Positions 39,349-41,970 of a stretch of DNA of 41,970 nt are shown here, piece by piece. The stretch comes from Candidatus Hodarchaeum mangrovi. GTDB taxonomy: Archaea > Asgardarchaeota > Heimdallarchaeia > Hodarchaeales > Hodarchaeaceae. Under the pieces are notes generated by a model, which worked only from the letters and a program-made list of their open reading frames with translations, had not been told where the DNA came from and ran no database searches. The first letter of the stretch is position 1. Each line of letters starts with the position of its first letter. The translations under genes and the position numbers were made by a program. The stretch lies in the NCBI GenBank assembly GCA_016839515.1, contig JAEOUE010000302.1, forward strand, positions 1 through 41,970. The letters are read 5' to 3'.

Positions 39349-40359
39349 ATGACTTATTTAATTTCAGGTGGTACTGGACTGGTCGGAAGCTTTCTGATAG
39401 ATAATATTCAACAAAGAGAATCATTTGACATGCGAGATTACCTTTTTATCTGTAGATCATTAGAAAGTCAAAAGAAAATAGAACAGAAAGGATTAAAAAC
39501 TATAAAAGCTGATTTAACAGATTCTGAAAGTTTGAAAAATGCAATTCTAGATGTTGATGTAGTAATAAATCTAGCCTCCTTAGCAGATGACTGGGCTCAA
39601 TGGAGTGAACTCTATAAAGTTAATGTTTTAGGAGTAAAAAACCTTATTAAGGCTTGTATTTCTTCTAATACCGACACTTTCCTAGTTCACACAAGTTCTA
39701 CGGGAGTTCATGGTCATTATATTCCAGAAATCCCAATAGATGAATCTTTTCCTTTCAATCCAACTAGTATTTATCAAAGAAGTAAATATTTACAAGAAAA
39801 AGAAATTTGGGACTTTTCCAAGGAAAATGGTTGGAAAAATTTTAGTATTCTAAGACCACCAAGTGTTATTGGCCCCCGTGATACAAAAACACTTCTGCCT
39901 ATATTTAATGCAGTTTGGCAGAATAAATTTCCAGTTCTTAAAGGTGGGAATGGATATTCTACATTTATACATCCTTATGATTTAAGTAAAGCATTGTTAT
40001 TAGTTGCTGAAAATCCAGAAAAAACAAGAGGTCAAGCTTATAATCTTAAATCTTTTGAATGCCTGTTAAAAGACTTTTTACAATTGATTGTAGATACAGT
40101 TACTCCTCCAGCTCCTCCTAAAGAAATAAACTACTATTTAGTGTATTCACTTGCAGTTCTTTCCGAAATTTATGCTAAAGTCACAGGAAGACCGACAACT
40201 CTAAATCGGTATCGGGTTACTAAATTTTCCAGGTCTAGGCGTTATATTGATAAAAAAATCAAGAATCATCTAGGTTTCAATCCTGAAAAGGATCTAAAGA
40301 CAACAATTACTGAATCATATGAATGGTTTGTTACGAATAACAAATTTCCCCCCTCTTAA
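39349..40359 (+). CDS. Extended SDR, NAD-dependent epimerase/3-beta-HSD-like
   Basis: GGTGLVG, VNVLG, HTSS, YQRSK, LRPPSVIGPRD. Confidence 0.9.
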   Translation: MTYLISGGTGLVGSFLIDNIQQRESFDMRDYLFICRSLESQKKIEQKGLKTIKADLTDSESLKNAILDVDVVINLASLADDWAQWSELYKVNVLGVKNLIKACISSNTDTFLVHTSSTGVHGHYIPEIPIDESFPFNPTSIYQRSKYLQEKEIWDFSKENGWKNFSILRPPSVIGPRDTKTLLPIFNAVWQNKFPVLKGGNGYSTFIHPYDLSKALLLVAENPEKTRGQAYNLKSFECLLKDFLQLIVDTVTPPAPPKEINYYLVYSLAVLSEIYAKVTGRPTTLNRYRVTKFSRSRRYIDKKIKNHLGFNPEKDLKTTITESYEWFVTNNKFPPS

Positions 40360-40461
40360 TCTAAAATCTGAATTTTTAGATTGAAGAATAATTTAAATTT
40401 AATATGAAATAGTTTTTCCGATCATTCTTTGATTGTAGATTAACTTGAGGTAATAAACCAG

Positions 40462-41376
40462 ATGATACTTGGACTTAAGAATCCATTTTTTCTTTCCCCT
40501 TTGGCAAATATCACTATTCCGCCATTTAGAAGATTATGTGCTGAGATTGGAGCTGATGTCACAGTATCAGAAATGACATTTGCTCGTGGGCTTATACTTA
40601 ACCAATTAAAGTCTCTAAATCGGATTCAGAAGTCAAAGCATGAGAAAAAATTTGGAATTCAGTTACTCACGAATAATGTTAAAGAATTAATCGATTCAAT
40701 CAATATAATAGAAGAACAAAAATTAGCAGATTTTATAGAATTGAATCTTGGATGTCCTAAACGGAAAATAACAAATGCAAATCTTGGAGCAGCTCTGTTA
40801 ATCCCTAAAAACAGTAGATTATTACTGAATTTACTTGAAACAGGTGGATCAACAACTACAATACCTTTTTCAATAAAAATGCGATTAGGGTTTTCCGAAA
40901 AAACCTATCTTAATATTTTAAAACATGCAGAGAAAAATAATATTGCATTCGCTACATTACATGCCCGTTTGGCAATTGATTCGTATAAAATTCCAATAAA
41001 TGTGGCTAATTGGAATGAAGCAGTTCAAAAAATTACTATTCCTATCATAGCAAATGGAGATATACCTAATAAGGAGATTGGACTAAAAATACTAGAAAAT
41101 TCTAAGATTTCTGGAATTGCTATTGGCCGTGCAGCACGAGGGAATCCAAAAGTGTTTAATAAGAATTTCCCTCTTTCTTTAGCAGCTCAATATAAAATCT
41201 TAATACAATATATGAAAGATAGTAATTTTTTTTCTCCTTTATATGTGAAAATACAATCTAATGATTTTTTGAAGAAATTTCGTTATTCCTCATACCTAAG
41301 AAATAAGATTACATCTATGCAAAACCTTGAGGACATTGTTAGCACCACAAGAGAAGCTCTTGAAGCCTATGGCTAA
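40462..41376 (+). CDS. dus: tRNA-dihydrouridine synthase family
   Basis: LSPLANIT.PPFR, SEM, ELNLGCP, GAALL, KMRLG, LHAR, PIIANGDI, IGRAARGNP. Confidence 0.92.
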   Translation: MILGLKNPFFLSPLANITIPPFRRLCAEIGADVTVSEMTFARGLILNQLKSLNRIQKSKHEKKFGIQLLTNNVKELIDSINIIEEQKLADFIELNLGCPKRKITNANLGAALLIPKNSRLLLNLLETGGSTTTIPFSIKMRLGFSEKTYLNILKHAEKNNIAFATLHARLAIDSYKIPINVANWNEAVQKITIPIIANGDIPNKEIGLKILENSKISGIAIGRAARGNPKVFNKNFPLSLAAQYKILIQYMKDSNFFSPLYVKIQSNDFLKKFRYSSYLRNKITSMQNLEDIVSTTREALEAYG

Positions 41377-41536
41377 TCAAATTGACTTTACAAAAGATAT
41401 AAATTAGAAATCGTTCTTCAAAGGAATGAATAATGAATAACTTTCTTAGAATTCATGCATTGTAATGATTGATTATAATCATGCTCAGTATTGAAAATCC
41501 AATCAGATTGAAATTTATCCTTAGTTTGGGTTTAAG

Positions 41537-41970
41537 ATGCCAATTAATCTTAATCAAGAAGCGCAGGTCGAATGGGATAAGTACTTAGAAGCTAATACTA
41601 TAGAGGAGCAAATTTTTCACTTAGAAAGGTTTCTTGGGGTTTGTGTCAAGCATAAAGGAGTTGAAAAACACCTTGCTATGGCTAAAACTAAATTAAAGAA
41701 ATTAAAAGCACTACAAGAAAAGAGGAAACAACAGAAAAAAAGCGGAGGGGAGCGATGGCTCATTCCAAAGGGAGAAGATGCTCAAATAGCTATAATTGGA
41801 ATGGTTAATTCTGGAAAATCATCTTTATTAAATGAAATTGCTCAATCTGAAGCCGCAAAAGTTGGTTCTTATCCTTTTACAACAGTAAAACCCGAAGTTG
41901 GGTCTACTACAGCAAAAGGGGCACGTTTACAGCTAGTAGAACTTCCAGCACTAGTTAATGGTAGTGCAAA
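41537..41970 (+). CDS. DRG/Obg-family GTPase, N-terminal part (runs off the window; not in the ORF track)
   Basis: MPINLNQEAQ...KHKGVEK...GMVNSGKSSLLN...VGSYPFTT.KPEVG...LQLVELPAL. Confidence 0.9.
   Translation, partial: MPINLNQEAQVEWDKYLEANTIEEQIFHLERFLGVCVKHKGVEKHLAMAKTKLKKLKALQEKRKQQKKSGGERWLIPKGEDAQIAIIGMVNSGKSSLLNEIAQSEAAKVGSYPFTTVKPEVGSTTAKGARLQLVELPALVNGSA

Noticed and set aside
41470-41481. Perfect palindrome TGATTATAATCA upstream of the DRG-like gene
   Set aside because: A single AT-rich 12-mer is expected by chance at this composition; no second copy was noticed.
1-41970. CRISPR arrays, tRNA/rRNA genes, transposases, provirus
   Set aside because: No regularly spaced repeats, cloverleaf or GC-rich RNA islands, or mobile-element proteins were seen.

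Overview
AT-rich, densely coding chromosomal window of an archaeon. Archaeal markers are stand-alone Taw1/TYW1, isopentenyl-phosphate kinase, a COG1340-type coiled-coil protein, an archaeal DRG-like GTPase, GGTGA/GGAGG Shine-Dalgarno sites, frequent TTG/GTG starts and oligo-T terminators. Together with bacterial-type genes (NAD-dependent LigA, Dus, HisKA kinase, CheW) and a large WD40 protein, this suggests an Asgard archaeon such as Heimdallarchaeia/Hodarchaeales (inference, not verified). About 35 CDS were identified, mostly housekeeping or metabolic: a BMP-family nucleoside ABC transporter with fused permeases, a PfkB kinase, tRNA-modifying enzymes, GH57, an M20 peptidase and an orphan DNA methyltransferase. 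No rRNA, tRNA, CRISPR array or transposase was seen. The most interesting observations are: (1) a nitroreductase-CheW-histidine kinase-wHTH cluster whose kinase N-terminus reads like a degenerate small-GTPase fold; (2) a tandem pair of PC4/PUR-like beta-beta-beta-beta-alpha paralogues, one with a long acidic tail; (3) an unannotated decayed PfkB paralogue; (4) a hairpin-dense intergenic region ahead of a very basic orphan protein; (5) a probable ATT start codon; (6) HAD and DRG proteins with altered catalytic motifs; (7) a repeat-built glycosylated surface protein.
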